Of a stretch of DNA of 20,353 nucleotides, positions 1-7,747 are shown piece after piece; the stretch's first letter is position 1; each line of letters begins with the position of its first letter. Position numbers and translations under genes: made by a program. This DNA is from an uncultured virus (IMG/VR IMGVR_UViG_3300006149_000734). Lineage: Duplodnaviria; Heunggongvirae; Uroviricota; Caudoviricetes. The notes under the pieces were generated by a model that was not told where the DNA came from, made no database searches, and was given only the letters and a program-made list of their open reading frames with translations. The stretch lies in IMG/VR virus record IMGVR_UViG_3300006149_000734. The stretch is one strand, 5' to 3'.

Positions 1-43
1 CATCGAATGCCCTTTGTCCTGCTTCGTTGTATGGGATCGTCAT
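1..43 (-). CDS. 5' end of a hypothetical early gene running off the left edge (MTIPYNEAGQRAFD...)
   Basis: ATG at 43 overlaps the TGA of the XRE gene (ATGA coupling); GGAGGGAG RBS upstream. Confidence 0.6.
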   Translation of the reverse strand, partial: MTIPYNEAGQRAFD

Positions 44-495
44 TCTACTCCCTCCGCGTAAACGATGACCGACAGCAGTTTGCTGTTGATTTGTCGGACA
101 AACTCCATCGCTTTTTTGAAATCCGGCTTTTCGTGTTCCTCGACCTTGCCGTTCTCCATGATCCGCTGGATGTCATCGACCACCTGTCTCAGCCGCCACT
201 CTGCGATGGAAAGCTGGGCGATCATGTCTCCGTGCGTCTGCGGCATTACCACGTCCGGGAGGTATTTTCCCAGGACGCTGGTGTTCCTCAAATGCCACCA
301 CGCCAGCAGCGGTGACTTGTAGTGATTGCTCATTGCGTCCACGATGTCATCCGGCACTTTTGCTCGGTCGTTTTCGTAGTCCGAGAGCGTCCGCGGGGAA
401 ATCGCCAGCAGTTCTGCCGCCGCTTCCTGCGTAAATCCTGCGGATGTTCTGCACAATTTGTAGAGATTCTCGCATCCTTCGCTCGTGGTACTCAC
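40..495 (-). CDS. XRE-family helix-turn-helix transcriptional regulator (phage early region)
   Basis: N-terminal HTH pattern RTSAGFTQEAAAELLAISPRTLSDYEND; helical C-terminal domain; GTG start. Confidence 0.85.
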   Translation of the reverse strand: MSTTSEGCENLYKLCRTSAGFTQEAAAELLAISPRTLSDYENDRAKVPDDIVDAMSNHYKSPLLAWWHLRNTSVLGKYLPDVVMPQTHGDMIAQLSIAEWRLRQVVDDIQRIMENGKVEEHEKPDFKKAMEFVRQINSKLLSVIVYAEGVE

Positions 496-709
496 CTCTC
501 TTTCGGTTTATAATCTTGTTCAAGGGCAGTAAGCAGTTCCTCTGTCATGGCTTCCAGGATGGCATCAAGCCGTTTTTCCCCGGATGGGTGTTTGTCCCCG
601 GATGCCCGTTTAGCCGCCGTGGTCGGCGGTTTCTGGTGAGTAGTGCCGCCCCCCCCGCCGCTTTTTTGGAAGTTGTGGGGGATTTCGGGTTAGTCGGTTT
701 CTTTGCCAC
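492..709 (-). pseudogene. Small basic hypothetical gene, apparently frameshifted at a G8 tract (C8 at 649-656 on + strand)
   Basis: GGAGG RBS and GTG at 709 give MAKKPTNPKSPTTSKKAAGG, which stops at 545. A one-base shift at G8 gives a 72-aa product ending ...EKRLDAILEAMTEELLTALEQDYKPKER, whose TGA (494-492) overlaps the next GTG start. Confidence 0.5.
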
Positions 710-911
710 GCTGAATCCCTCCGTCCTCCGGGATGTAGGCTTCTCCTTGCTCTGCTGCGATTGCCTTGGAAAGCAGGGTAGAACAAGCCATTGCCAGCGA
801 CATCCGATGCTCCCACGCCCAATCGTTCAAGGTGTTATAAATGTCCGCCTTGAGCCGGGATGAGAAGCACTGGTATCCGGCTCCACGCTCCTGCCGCTGC
901 TGTACCGCCAT
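690..911 (-). CDS. Small DNA-binding protein, probable ribbon-helix-helix, in the Cro position
   Basis: AAGGAGGTG RBS, ATG at 911; FSSRLKADIYNTLNDWAWEHRMSLAMACSTLLSKAI fits a beta-alpha-alpha Arc/CopG pattern; first gene divergent from the repressor. Confidence 0.65.
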   Translation of the reverse strand: MAVQQRQERGAGYQCFSSRLKADIYNTLNDWAWEHRMSLAMACSTLLSKAIAAEQGEAYIPEDGGIQRGKETD

Positions 912-946
912 TAGTTTCACCTCCTTAAAAAATCACGGTTTTCCTC

Positions 947-975
947 TTTCATTTGTTGCGCATTTGTGCTATACT
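947..975 (+). promoter_or_regulatory. Putative rightward (repressor/lysogeny) promoter with extended -10
   Basis: TGcTATACT at 967-975; only a weak -35 near 947-952. Confidence 0.55.
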
Positions 976-1051
976 GCTGTTGCGGTGCGTTTACAAAGTT
1001 TTTTGTCTCCTTTGTTCATCGCTATTGCAAGTATATCACTGCATTTGCGGT
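973..1051. promoter_or_regulatory. Two quasi-palindromic operator candidates ACTGCnnTTGCGGT (973-986 and 1038-1051)
   Basis: ACTGCTGTTGCGGT and ACTGCATTTGCGGT are 12/14 identical. One overlaps the -10/+1 of the rightward promoter, the other lies in the spacer of the leftward promoter. Confidence 0.65.
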
Positions 1052-1058
1052 TTGTCAA
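1030..1058 (-). promoter_or_regulatory. Strong leftward sigma-A promoter (early lytic)
   Basis: On the minus strand TTGACA (1058-1053), 17 bp, TATACT (1035-1030), with a TG extension. Confidence 0.85.
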
Positions 1059-1138
1059 CGGAGTTTTACACTTTTTCAGAGCTTTTTTTGTATGTTCTGA
1101 AAATTTGCACCATAAAAACAAAAAGGGAGGTGGTGGTC

Positions 1139-1555
1139 GTGACCATCAATGCACGGCTTTTTACGCTCTTGGCTGACACCCATAGGACGCAGAAAGACTT
1201 GGCTGATTTCATTGGAATAAATGAGCGAAATGTCGCTTCTTGGAAGCAGCGTGGCTCTGATCCTCCTGCGAAGCTGATTCCAAAAATCTCCGAATTCTTC
1301 AGTGTGTCTATGGAATGGCTTTTAACCGGAGAGGAACGCCCCCGTGATTCCTTCGTGAATAACGGCTCTGTCGCTGGGAATCTGGGGCCGCACACGGGGA
1401 CTATCATCGTCCGAAACGGCGGGGAAACATTTCTTTCCGAGGAATGCGCCGAGTTGGTGCGGGTGTATGAATCGCTGGATGTCCGTCAGCGCATCCAGCT
1501 GTTGAAGTCTGCCTTTGAGATTGCTGACGGCTCTAAATCTGAACAATCCGAGTAG
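1139..1555 (+). CDS. CI-like XRE-family phage repressor
   Basis: GGAGGTGG RBS, GTG at 1139; HTH TQKDLADFIGINERNVASWKQRGSDPPAKLIPKISEFFSVSMEWLLTG; same orientation as the integrase; no S24 peptidase domain seen. Confidence 0.85.
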   Translation: MTINARLFTLLADTHRTQKDLADFIGINERNVASWKQRGSDPPAKLIPKISEFFSVSMEWLLTGEERPRDSFVNNGSVAGNLGPHTGTIIVRNGGETFLSEECAELVRVYESLDVRQRIQLLKSAFEIADGSKSEQSE

Positions 1556-1566
1556 GAGGTGTGCCT

Positions 1567-1833
1567 ATGTGTATTTCTGAATCTGTGTCGCGGTCTGTCC
1601 GGGTCCGCGGCTCCTGCGCCGAGTGGTTGCCGCTGGTGCGGGATTGCCTGTCCAGCCGGGGCTTTCGGAACATCGCCGTGGATGCCGGCCGCCGCTGTCT
1701 GACCGCTGATTATGGTGATCCGCCTGTGTGCAGCGGTATTTCCGTCACGCTTGCTCCGTCTGCCCTGTGCGGCGGGACGGATGTGTCTGTGGTGGTGTCT
1801 GCGTCTTTGGAAGGAGGGTGTTCTGCATGGTAG
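1567..1833 (+). CDS. Hypothetical protein (lysogeny operon)
   Basis: AGGAGGT RBS before ATG 1567; fills the gap between repressor and membrane protein and overlaps the next start. Confidence 0.6.
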   Translation: MCISESVSRSVRVRGSCAEWLPLVRDCLSSRGFRNIAVDAGRRCLTADYGDPPVCSGISVTLAPSALCGGTDVSVVVSASLEGGCSAW

Positions 1834-2735
1834 GTGTTTTCAGCTTCCTGCTGGTTGCGTCCGGCGTTGCCCTGGTGGTTGCCCTTGTCCTGCTGGTTGT
1901 AAGGGCGGTAAGGAAAAAGCCCAAAAAATCCGTTGCTCTCATGGCCGCTGCCTGTGTCGCTGTTTTTCTTGTTTCCTCTGTGGGCATTGGCATGACCTAC
2001 CATCCTACGCCGGAGCAAATCGCCGAACGGGAGCGGATCGCAGCGGAGAAGGCTGCGGCAAAGGAAGCTGAGGAAGCCGCCAGACGGGAAGCAGAAAAAG
2101 CGGCGCAGACGGAATCCCCTGCGTCCACTCCCTCTGAATCCAAGCCACCAGAGCCGTCTGCCAGCGTTCATGCGTCTGCGCCCTCCGAAGCCCCAGTGAA
2201 GCCGGAAACCTCCGCTCCTGCTGAATCCCAGAAACCTGTACAGTCCGAGCCGCCCACCGAGAACACGCCCTCTGCACCGTCCAATTCTGGGGACGGGGAC
2301 GCTGGTTCAGAGCCGGAGGGGGATTTCATTCTGGATTTCAATTCGCTAACTCCCGATGATTTCGGTACGCTGGATACTGGGAATCTTGAACTTGAATCCG
2401 GTGAACTTCTGGAAGTCAGATATGGCGGGGATGTATACGCCGGAAAAGGCGTGATTATCGTGAAAGCCAAAACATCGCCGAATTTGACAAACAAATTGAC
2501 CATCCGGCAAAATTACCACGATGTCTGCGAACTGATCACAAATCACGGTTTTGATTCGTGCCCGGAAATCCAATATTGGGCTGTTGCTGATATGACGGAC
2601 GGGGAAGAGGGAAAGGCCATCAGCTTCACTTTGGATTCGGATACAATTCTTGGCGTTGCAAATCAGACAATCCTTCCAATCAATTTGGACGATTACTTGC
2701 AAGACCTCTGGATTTTGCCGAGTTTGTTGGAATGA
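1827..2735 (+). CDS. Membrane-anchored protein: two N-terminal TM helices, Pro/Ser/Glu-rich linker, acidic C-terminal domain; possible superinfection-exclusion protein
   Basis: AAGGAGG RBS, ATG 1827; hydrophobic segments flank RKKPKK; lies between repressor and integrase. Confidence 0.7.
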   Translation: MVGVFSFLLVASGVALVVALVLLVVRAVRKKPKKSVALMAAACVAVFLVSSVGIGMTYHPTPEQIAERERIAAEKAAAKEAEEAARREAEKAAQTESPASTPSESKPPEPSASVHASAPSEAPVKPETSAPAESQKPVQSEPPTENTPSAPSNSGDGDAGSEPEGDFILDFNSLTPDDFGTLDTGNLELESGELLEVRYGGDVYAGKGVIIVKAKTSPNLTNKLTIRQNYHDVCELITNHGFDSCPEIQYWAVADMTDGEEGKAISFTLDSDTILGVANQTILPINLDDYLQDLWILPSLLE

Positions 2736-2748
2736 GGGGTGTTCTGGT

Positions 2749-4188
2749 ATGAAACGCGCGGCTCTGTATATCCGTGTCTCCACGCTGGAACAGGCGCAGG
2801 AGGGCTACTCCATCGGGGCGCAGAAGGAGCGGCTCATGGCGTACTGCAAGGCGCACGATTGGGCTGTGGCTGATTTCTACATTGACGGCGGTTATTCCGG
2901 CTCGAACCTCGACCGCCCCGGCATTCAGAAGCTGGTTGCCGAGGTGGATTCCTTCGACCTGGTTCTGGTTATGAAACTCGACCGCCTGTCCCGCTCCCAG
3001 CGGGACACCCTGCATCTCATTGAGGAAGTGTTTCTGCCGGCCGGCGTGGACTTCGTTTCGATGTCGGAATCCTTCGACACCTCCACGCCTTTCGGTCGGG
3101 CGATGATTGGTATCCTCTCCGTGTTCGCCCAGCTGGAACGGGAACAGATCAAAGAGCGCACCTTTATGGGGCGGCTGGAACGGGCGAAGGAGGGGCTTTA
3201 CCACGGGGGGATGTTCTTCCCCATCGGGTATGATTACGATTCCTCCGGGCGGCTGTCTGTGAACGAGTACGAAGCCGCACAGGTGCGCAAAATCTACGCA
3301 TGGTATCTGGAGGGGACTTCCCCGGAGAAAATTGCAGAGCGTCTGCGTGATCAGGGCTACTCGAACCGTTACGGTTCATGGAATGAAATCTCCGGGCGCG
3401 CCAGCGTCCTGCGGATTCTTTCCTCGGATGTCTATCTGGGGACGCTGCGCTTTGCTGGTGTCGTGGTCGAACACGCTCACGATGCTATCATCGACCAAGA
3501 GACCTTTGAAAAAGCCACAGCCCTGCGGATGAAGCGCAGGGAGGTGTTCGGGGATTCTCCCTATCAGTCAAAATATCTGCTTGTCGGTCTTTGCTGGTGC
3601 GCCCGGTGCGGGACGCGGTACGCCGTCAAGCATAACTATGGCGGGTATAAATATTATGTCTGCTACTCTCGTGCGAGGACGGTGAAAAGGATGATAAAAG
3701 CGGATCATTGCGATAACAAAAACTGGCCGCTGGATGAGTTGGATTCCATCGTGGAGCGTGAAGTCTCCCGGCTGCTCTTTGAACCGGGCTACTATGAATC
3801 CCTCTTGAAACGGAAAGCCGCCGAAGTCAGGGAACAGCCACGGGGGGACGGCGATGTGTTCCGGGATAAAATTGCGGGGCTGGAAAAGCAAATAAACCGC
3901 ATGATGGACTTGTATCAAGACGAAAAAATCCCGGTCGATGTGCTGTCTGCCCGTATTGACAAGCTGCATCGGGAGAAGATTGCGCTGGAGGAACAGTTGG
4001 CGGCGGTCGAGCCGCTGAAGCCGAAACGGGACTATAACGAGGATGCCTTTGCCGGGTTGCTGGCCGATTTTGCTACGGTCTGGCAGTCTGCGGGGCTGGA
4101 TGACAGGCGGCAGATCATCTCTACGCTCATCCGCAAAATTACCCTTGACGGGGAATCCGTGAACATTGAATGGGCGTTCCTGGACTAA
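2749..4188 (+). CDS. int: Large serine recombinase (phage integrase, A118/TP901-1 type)
   Basis: Catalytic YIRVST, DGGYSGSNLDRP, KLDRLSRS, GRAMIGILSVFAQLERE, recombinase domain, zinc ribbon (CARC...YYVC...C) and coiled coil; GAGGGG RBS before ATG 2749. Confidence 0.97.
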   Translation: MKRAALYIRVSTLEQAQEGYSIGAQKERLMAYCKAHDWAVADFYIDGGYSGSNLDRPGIQKLVAEVDSFDLVLVMKLDRLSRSQRDTLHLIEEVFLPAGVDFVSMSESFDTSTPFGRAMIGILSVFAQLEREQIKERTFMGRLERAKEGLYHGGMFFPIGYDYDSSGRLSVNEYEAAQVRKIYAWYLEGTSPEKIAERLRDQGYSNRYGSWNEISGRASVLRILSSDVYLGTLRFAGVVVEHAHDAIIDQETFEKATALRMKRREVFGDSPYQSKYLLVGLCWCARCGTRYAVKHNYGGYKYYVCYSRARTVKRMIKADHCDNKNWPLDELDSIVEREVSRLLFEPGYYESLLKRKAAEVREQPRGDGDVFRDKIAGLEKQINRMMDLYQDEKIPVDVLSARIDKLHREKIALEEQLAAVEPLKPKRDYNEDAFAGLLADFATVWQSAGLDDRRQIISTLIRKITLDGESVNIEWAFLD

Positions 4189-4223
4189 AACAAAGCCCCG
4201 CCGAAAAACGGCGGGGCTTTGTT
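4189..4223. terminator. Bidirectional rho-independent terminator
   Basis: Perfect 15-bp inverted repeat AACAAAGCCCCGCCG-AAAAA-CGGCGGGGCTTTGTT between convergent genes. Confidence 0.9.
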
Positions 4224-4240
4224 CTGCTTTCGGTGGAGTG

Positions 4241-4435
4241 TCAGCCTGTCTTGGTCTGCGCCCTGTTGCTTTCTGTCATCTGCGTGATTACCCGTTTCAG
4301 TGCGTGTCCGGCAATCACGCCGAATGTCTCAGCAGGGGCTTCCTCCACCGTTTGCTCTTTCTGATCCTTGCAGTCGCATCTCTCTCCTGGGTCGAGATTG
4401 CTTCCGCAATTTGGGCAAACTCTGTAATAAGGCAT
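4241..4435 (-). CDS. Small Cys-rich phage protein (YYRVCPNCGSNLDPGERCDC)
   Basis: AAGGGA RBS, ATG 4435; CxxC and CxC zinc-binding motif. Confidence 0.75.
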   Translation of the reverse strand: MPYYRVCPNCGSNLDPGERCDCKDQKEQTVEEAPAETFGVIAGHALKRVITQMTESNRAQTKTG

Positions 4436-4460
4436 TGCTCTATCCCTTCTTTCCTGCGCC

Positions 4461-4676
4461 CTACCGCTTGTAGGTCGCTCTCCGGGTCTCTTTCCCGTCC
4501 TTGACCTCCACCTCAATGGTCACGGGCATTCCTGTGTTGTCCTGCGTCACGGGGAGGAATCTTGCCCGGACGATGGTCAGCCCCTGCTTGTGCAGCCTTT
4601 CGCATTTCTCGCACAGGGCTTTGTCCTTGTACTCCGTCCCGCAAACCTCGCAGATGTAATGCTCTACTTTCCGCAT
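4461..4676 (-). CDS. Small zinc-finger hypothetical protein
   Basis: GGAGGT RBS, ATG 4676; CEVC...CEKCE..H motif. Confidence 0.75.
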   Translation of the reverse strand: MRKVEHYICEVCGTEYKDKALCEKCERLHKQGLTIVRARFLPVTQDNTGMPVTIEVEVKDGKETRRATYKR

Positions 4677-4864
4677 CCTGATACCTCCCATTCGTCTGAA
4701 ATCCTCTGTAGTGCGCTGGTGAATCTCGGTCTGTTGTCCCGCCACTTCCGCCAGTGCCAGAAGCATGGGAACATGGGCGGCTCTTGGGCAAGCCATTCCT
4801 CAAACCTGGAAATAAATTCTAACTTCTGGTTGTATCTGCGCTTGTGTTCTCTGCGTCCACTCAT
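4664..4864 (-). CDS. Small basic, Trp-rich hypothetical protein
   Basis: GGGGGAAAGG RBS, ATG 4864 (MSGRREHKRRYNQKLEF...); tiles the operon. Confidence 0.65.
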   Translation of the reverse strand: MSGRREHKRRYNQKLEFISRFEEWLAQEPPMFPCFWHWRKWRDNRPRFTSALQRISDEWEVSGCGK

Positions 4865-4875
4865 CGCCTTTCCCC

Positions 4876-5295
4876 CTATGCAATAACCTCTGCAGGCTCC
4901 GTGTACTCCCGTTCGTTTGGCGTACCCGTCCAGTGTTCCTCGCTGTACCAGAAAGCGCAGTTGACGGTTCCCGTGTGCCTGTCCGGGTATTTCTCTCTGA
5001 ATTTCTCCACGGCGGCTTTCTCGCTCTCTGCCAGTACGATGATGTAGGTGTTCTGGAATGGGAATCCGGGGTCGCTGCCGAAGGTGAAATAAAATCTGCT
5101 GTGCGGCTTCCCGGTCTGAAGTTCCATATACCGGGCGAGGATGTCGGTCTCGAACGCCCAGCTGCCGTCCGGGTGCGCCTGGCAGATGTCGAAGTACGGG
5201 CATCCGTTGTCTGCGTTGTGGTAAATGTCTACATAGCATTTCGGGTGCTTTTTGCACACGGCGTTGGTCTCCGGCACGATGTCCCTGTATGTCAT
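4876..5295 (-). CDS. Hypothetical protein
   Basis: GGAGGG RBS, ATGA overlap with upstream stop; Cys-containing N-terminal part and FYFTFGSD...VNCAFWY C-terminal part. Confidence 0.75.
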   Translation of the reverse strand: MTYRDIVPETNAVCKKHPKCYVDIYHNADNGCPYFDICQAHPDGSWAFETDILARYMELQTGKPHSRFYFTFGSDPGFPFQNTYIIVLAESEKAAVEKFREKYPDRHTGTVNCAFWYSEEHWTGTPNEREYTEPAEVIA

Positions 5296-5585
5296 TGTTT
5301 TGCCCTCCTGTCATATTCGTGAGGAAGGTTCAAAGCGTCCAGAAGGTGTCTGTCCTCTATGGTGAGTGTCCCTGTGTCAATCTTCTGCCGGATGGTTTCG
5401 ACCATCCCTTCCCAGCGGCGCATGAGTGTGTCGTGCCTGTCCTTCATGCCCTCATAATCTGCCAAGGCTTTCTTGCATTCCAGCCATGCCGCGGCGATGG
5501 GGAAGTGTTCATGGTCTACCATCTTGTTCTGCGGGGGTGGAATCACGCCGTCCAGCGTGTTCACGGCTTCCTTGAGCGTTATCAT
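5292..5585 (-). CDS. Hypothetical protein
   Basis: AAAGGA RBS; start and stop overlap neighbours on both sides. Confidence 0.7.
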   Translation of the reverse strand: MITLKEAVNTLDGVIPPPQNKMVDHEHFPIAAAWLECKKALADYEGMKDRHDTLMRRWEGMVETIRQKIDTGTLTIEDRHLLDALNLPHEYDRRAKQ

Positions 5586-5761
5586 GCTTTGTCCCGTCCT
5601 TTCCTGTTTTCCACCTTGATGGTAATATTCTCCGGGCGGATTCCGTTCTCTGCTGCCAGCAGTTCAGCGGTCGCTTGCATCTCTCCGGCAAATGTCCCCT
5701 GGAGGGTGTACCCTCCGAGAAACTTGCCGCCCGGTGCATAGAAGTTCAGCCATTGCTCCAC
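5582..5761 (-). CDS. 59-aa hypothetical protein not in the ORF track (MEQWLNFYAPGGKFLGGYTLQGTFAGEMQATAELLAAENGIRPENITIKVENRKGRDKA)
   Basis: GAGGG RBS, GTG at 5761; TGA overlaps the next ATG; fills the gap exactly. Confidence 0.65.
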   Translation of the reverse strand: MEQWLNFYAPGGKFLGGYTLQGTFAGEMQATAELLAAENGIRPENITIKVENRKGRDKA

Positions 5762-6057
5762 GCCGGTTCCCTCGCTTTCTTGCGCTGCTGGTAGGCTTCA
5801 ATTTCGCCATCGCAGTAAAGCCCACCGCATCCGTACAGCTTCAGCAGCGTGGTATCTGCGTCCTGCAGTGCCGCCTTGATGTTTTCATCGCCATTGACGA
5901 GTTGCAGGACGGCTTCCTGCGCCGTCCGTTCATCCATTATCCGGGGCAGCTTGTCGAGAATGTCGCAAGCGTCCCGCACCGCATCATGCTCCCTCTGCGT
6001 CAGTTTGCGCTCGTTCTGCATCTGGATCAATGTCTCCACGATTTCAACGATTTTCAT
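5746..6057 (-). CDS. Hypothetical protein, N-terminal paralog of 6399-6755
   Basis: GGAGAAAGGA RBS; MKIVEIVETLI...LTQREHDAVRDACDILDKLPRIMDE. Confidence 0.75.
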   Translation of the reverse strand: MKIVEIVETLIQMQNERKLTQREHDAVRDACDILDKLPRIMDERTAQEAVLQLVNGDENIKAALQDADTTLLKLYGCGGLYCDGEIEAYQQRKKAREPAWSNG

Positions 6058-6168
6058 GTGCGTTGTCCTTTCTCCCCGTTTTTCCGTTAGGTCAGCTATT
6101 CGCTTTCGGATGTTGTCTAAATTGTGCAGCCCTCTCTGCTCCCAGCGTCCAAGGCCATATTCCCTTGT

Positions 6169-6402
6169 TTATCCTGCGACTTCCTTCTCAATCTTGAAGA
6201 TGTGGTTTTCGGCGGTAAGCTGCTGCCCGTCCTTAAACTTCGCCAGAATCGCCATGTACTCGGACAGGGTTTCTTCCTGGTTCGGGAAGTTGATGGTGTT
6301 CGCCTTGATGATGGCGTGGACATACTCGTATGCTTGCGCGATGTTTTTGGCTATCGCCGTGAAGCCCATCCCGCCGACCTTGTAGGTGATTTTGAGCGTC
6401 AT
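6169..6402 (-). CDS. Hypothetical protein
   Basis: ATG 6402 in ATGA overlap with upstream stop (MTLKITYKVGG...). Confidence 0.7.
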   Translation of the reverse strand: MTLKITYKVGGMGFTAIAKNIAQAYEYVHAIIKANTINFPNQEETLSEYMAILAKFKDGQQLTAENHIFKIEKEVAG

Positions 6403-6755
6403 GCGTATTCCACCTGCCCTTTCAAAAGTTCCAGCACCCATTCGAGGATTTTCGCCGCTTGGTCGTACCTTGCAAAGATGACATCATCCTTGAAGATGCC
6501 GCTCCCGTACTCCCCGGCTTGCGTCCGCTGGAATTTGATTTCATGCTCGACCTTGGCGATGAGTTCCTGCCGGGTTATCAGCGCATCCTGCGCCGCTCCC
6601 TTGCGCACGGCTTCCTTTGCCGCATCCTCATCCATCATGTTGGGGAGCCGGTCGAGGATGTTGCAAGCGGCGCACACCGCCGCATCCTCCGTCCGGGTCA
6701 GGCTGTTCCCGTCCCGCACTCTAATAAGGGCTTCCACCAATTCTCCGATTCTCAT
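6399..6755 (-). CDS. Hypothetical protein, N-terminal paralog of 5746-6057
   Basis: GGAGAAAGGA RBS; MRIGELVEALI...LTRTEDAAVCAACNILDRLPNMMDE. Confidence 0.75.
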   Translation of the reverse strand: MRIGELVEALIRVRDGNSLTRTEDAAVCAACNILDRLPNMMDEDAAKEAVRKGAAQDALITRQELIAKVEHEIKFQRTQAGEYGSGIFKDDVIFARYDQAAKILEWVLELLKGQVEYA

Positions 6756-6813
6756 TGTGCCGTCCTTTCTCCCCGTCCCGCCGATGGGTCAGCGTTCGCT
6801 TTCGGTTGGTGTT

Positions 6814-7206
6814 CTATTTCCCCCGGTTTGCCATCATGCTCTGCACATAGGCTGCGACTGCTTCCTTTGTCCCGCAATCCGGGCAGATGGCTGTTTTGTT
6901 GTCCTTGCGGGACAGGGCGGGAGTGCCTGTGTAAATCCCGCCGCACTCTGGACACCGCCGCTTTTGCGCGGCTTCCTTGCCGAAGTAGGTTTCTTCGATG
7001 ATGTCCTGCAGGGCTTCCCGCACCATCGTGTCTGCGCTCTCGTACCGCTCCAGCGCATCCTCGTTACGGCTGGCGTTGATGATGCGGAGCATCGTTACCT
7101 TGTCATCCCGGCTGTAGTTGCTTGCGTGAATCGCCTGTGAAACATCGTAGCAAGCGTAGCCCCTTGCGATGCGGAGGTTCTTTTCCTGCGTCTCTTGCGT
7201 TCTCAT
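6814..7206 (-). CDS. Hypothetical protein with C-terminal zinc ribbon
   Basis: AAAGGAG RBS, ATG 7206; CPECGG...PALSRKDN..ICPDCG. Confidence 0.75.
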   Translation of the reverse strand: MRTQETQEKNLRIARGYACYDVSQAIHASNYSRDDKVTMLRIINASRNEDALERYESADTMVREALQDIIEETYFGKEAAQKRRCPECGGIYTGTPALSRKDNKTAICPDCGTKEAVAAYVQSMMANRGK

Positions 7207-7260
7207 GCTTTGCTCTCCTTTCGGTTGCCCTCGTAACCTCCGGGGCGGGTCGTTGTTCAA

Positions 7261-7746
7261 TTACCACTTTTTGAGGATGAACGCTATCTTCATGCCGCAC
7301 CGGACTGTCTCCGTCCGAGTGCCGTGACTATCAATTAACCGCAGGGTACTGATGATTTTCTCGAAGTGATTTTCATCATCCTCGTACCGTTTGCCGCTGC
7401 TCAGGAAGAAGCGGTAATCCTTGCGGAAATCAGCATAGCTGGTGTAGGTTCTCGTCTCTCCGCTTTTTGTGGCTGTTACCTCGACCGTGATGTCAGCCCC
7501 CTGTGTCTCGCCGACCTGTTCAACAATCCAGATGTTGATGGTGCGGTTTCCGTCTTTGAGGTTGATCTCCAGTCGATTGCTGAGGTCGCAGATGTAGTTG
7601 TAATATTCGACCGTGCTGCGGTAGACGGGGTATCCTGCCCGTTCGCTGCTCATGGTGTCCTTTTGGAAGTCTCCGGGAAAGATGGTGTTTGCCATCGTCC
7701 ACGCCGCCAGTGCGCTTGAAACCTCGATCCTGCTTCCCGTGGTCAT
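7261..7746 (-). CDS. Hypothetical protein
   Basis: AAGGAGGTG RBS, ATG 7746 directly after the upstream stop. Confidence 0.75.
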   Translation of the reverse strand: MTTGSRIEVSSALAAWTMANTIFPGDFQKDTMSSERAGYPVYRSTVEYYNYICDLSNRLEINLKDGNRTINIWIVEQVGETQGADITVEVTATKSGETRTYTSYADFRKDYRFFLSSGKRYEDDENHFEKIISTLRLIDSHGTRTETVRCGMKIAFILKKW

Positions 7747-7747
7747 C

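Noticed and set aside
1810..2751. Repeated GAGGG(G)TGTTCTG before the membrane-protein and integrase starts
   Set aside because: Mostly Shine-Dalgarno plus spacer; two short copies are too weak to call a regulatory site.
4189..4240. att site immediately after the integrase
   Set aside because: The dyad is a GC-rich terminator-type hairpin and phage-like genes continue beyond it with no switch to host genes.
6124..7140. 338-aa + strand ORF and other long shadow ORFs (e.g. 18049-19050 minus, 4664-5314 full length)
   Set aside because: They are antisense or out-of-frame overlaps of better-supported genes with RBS and coupling, as expected in GC-rich DNA.
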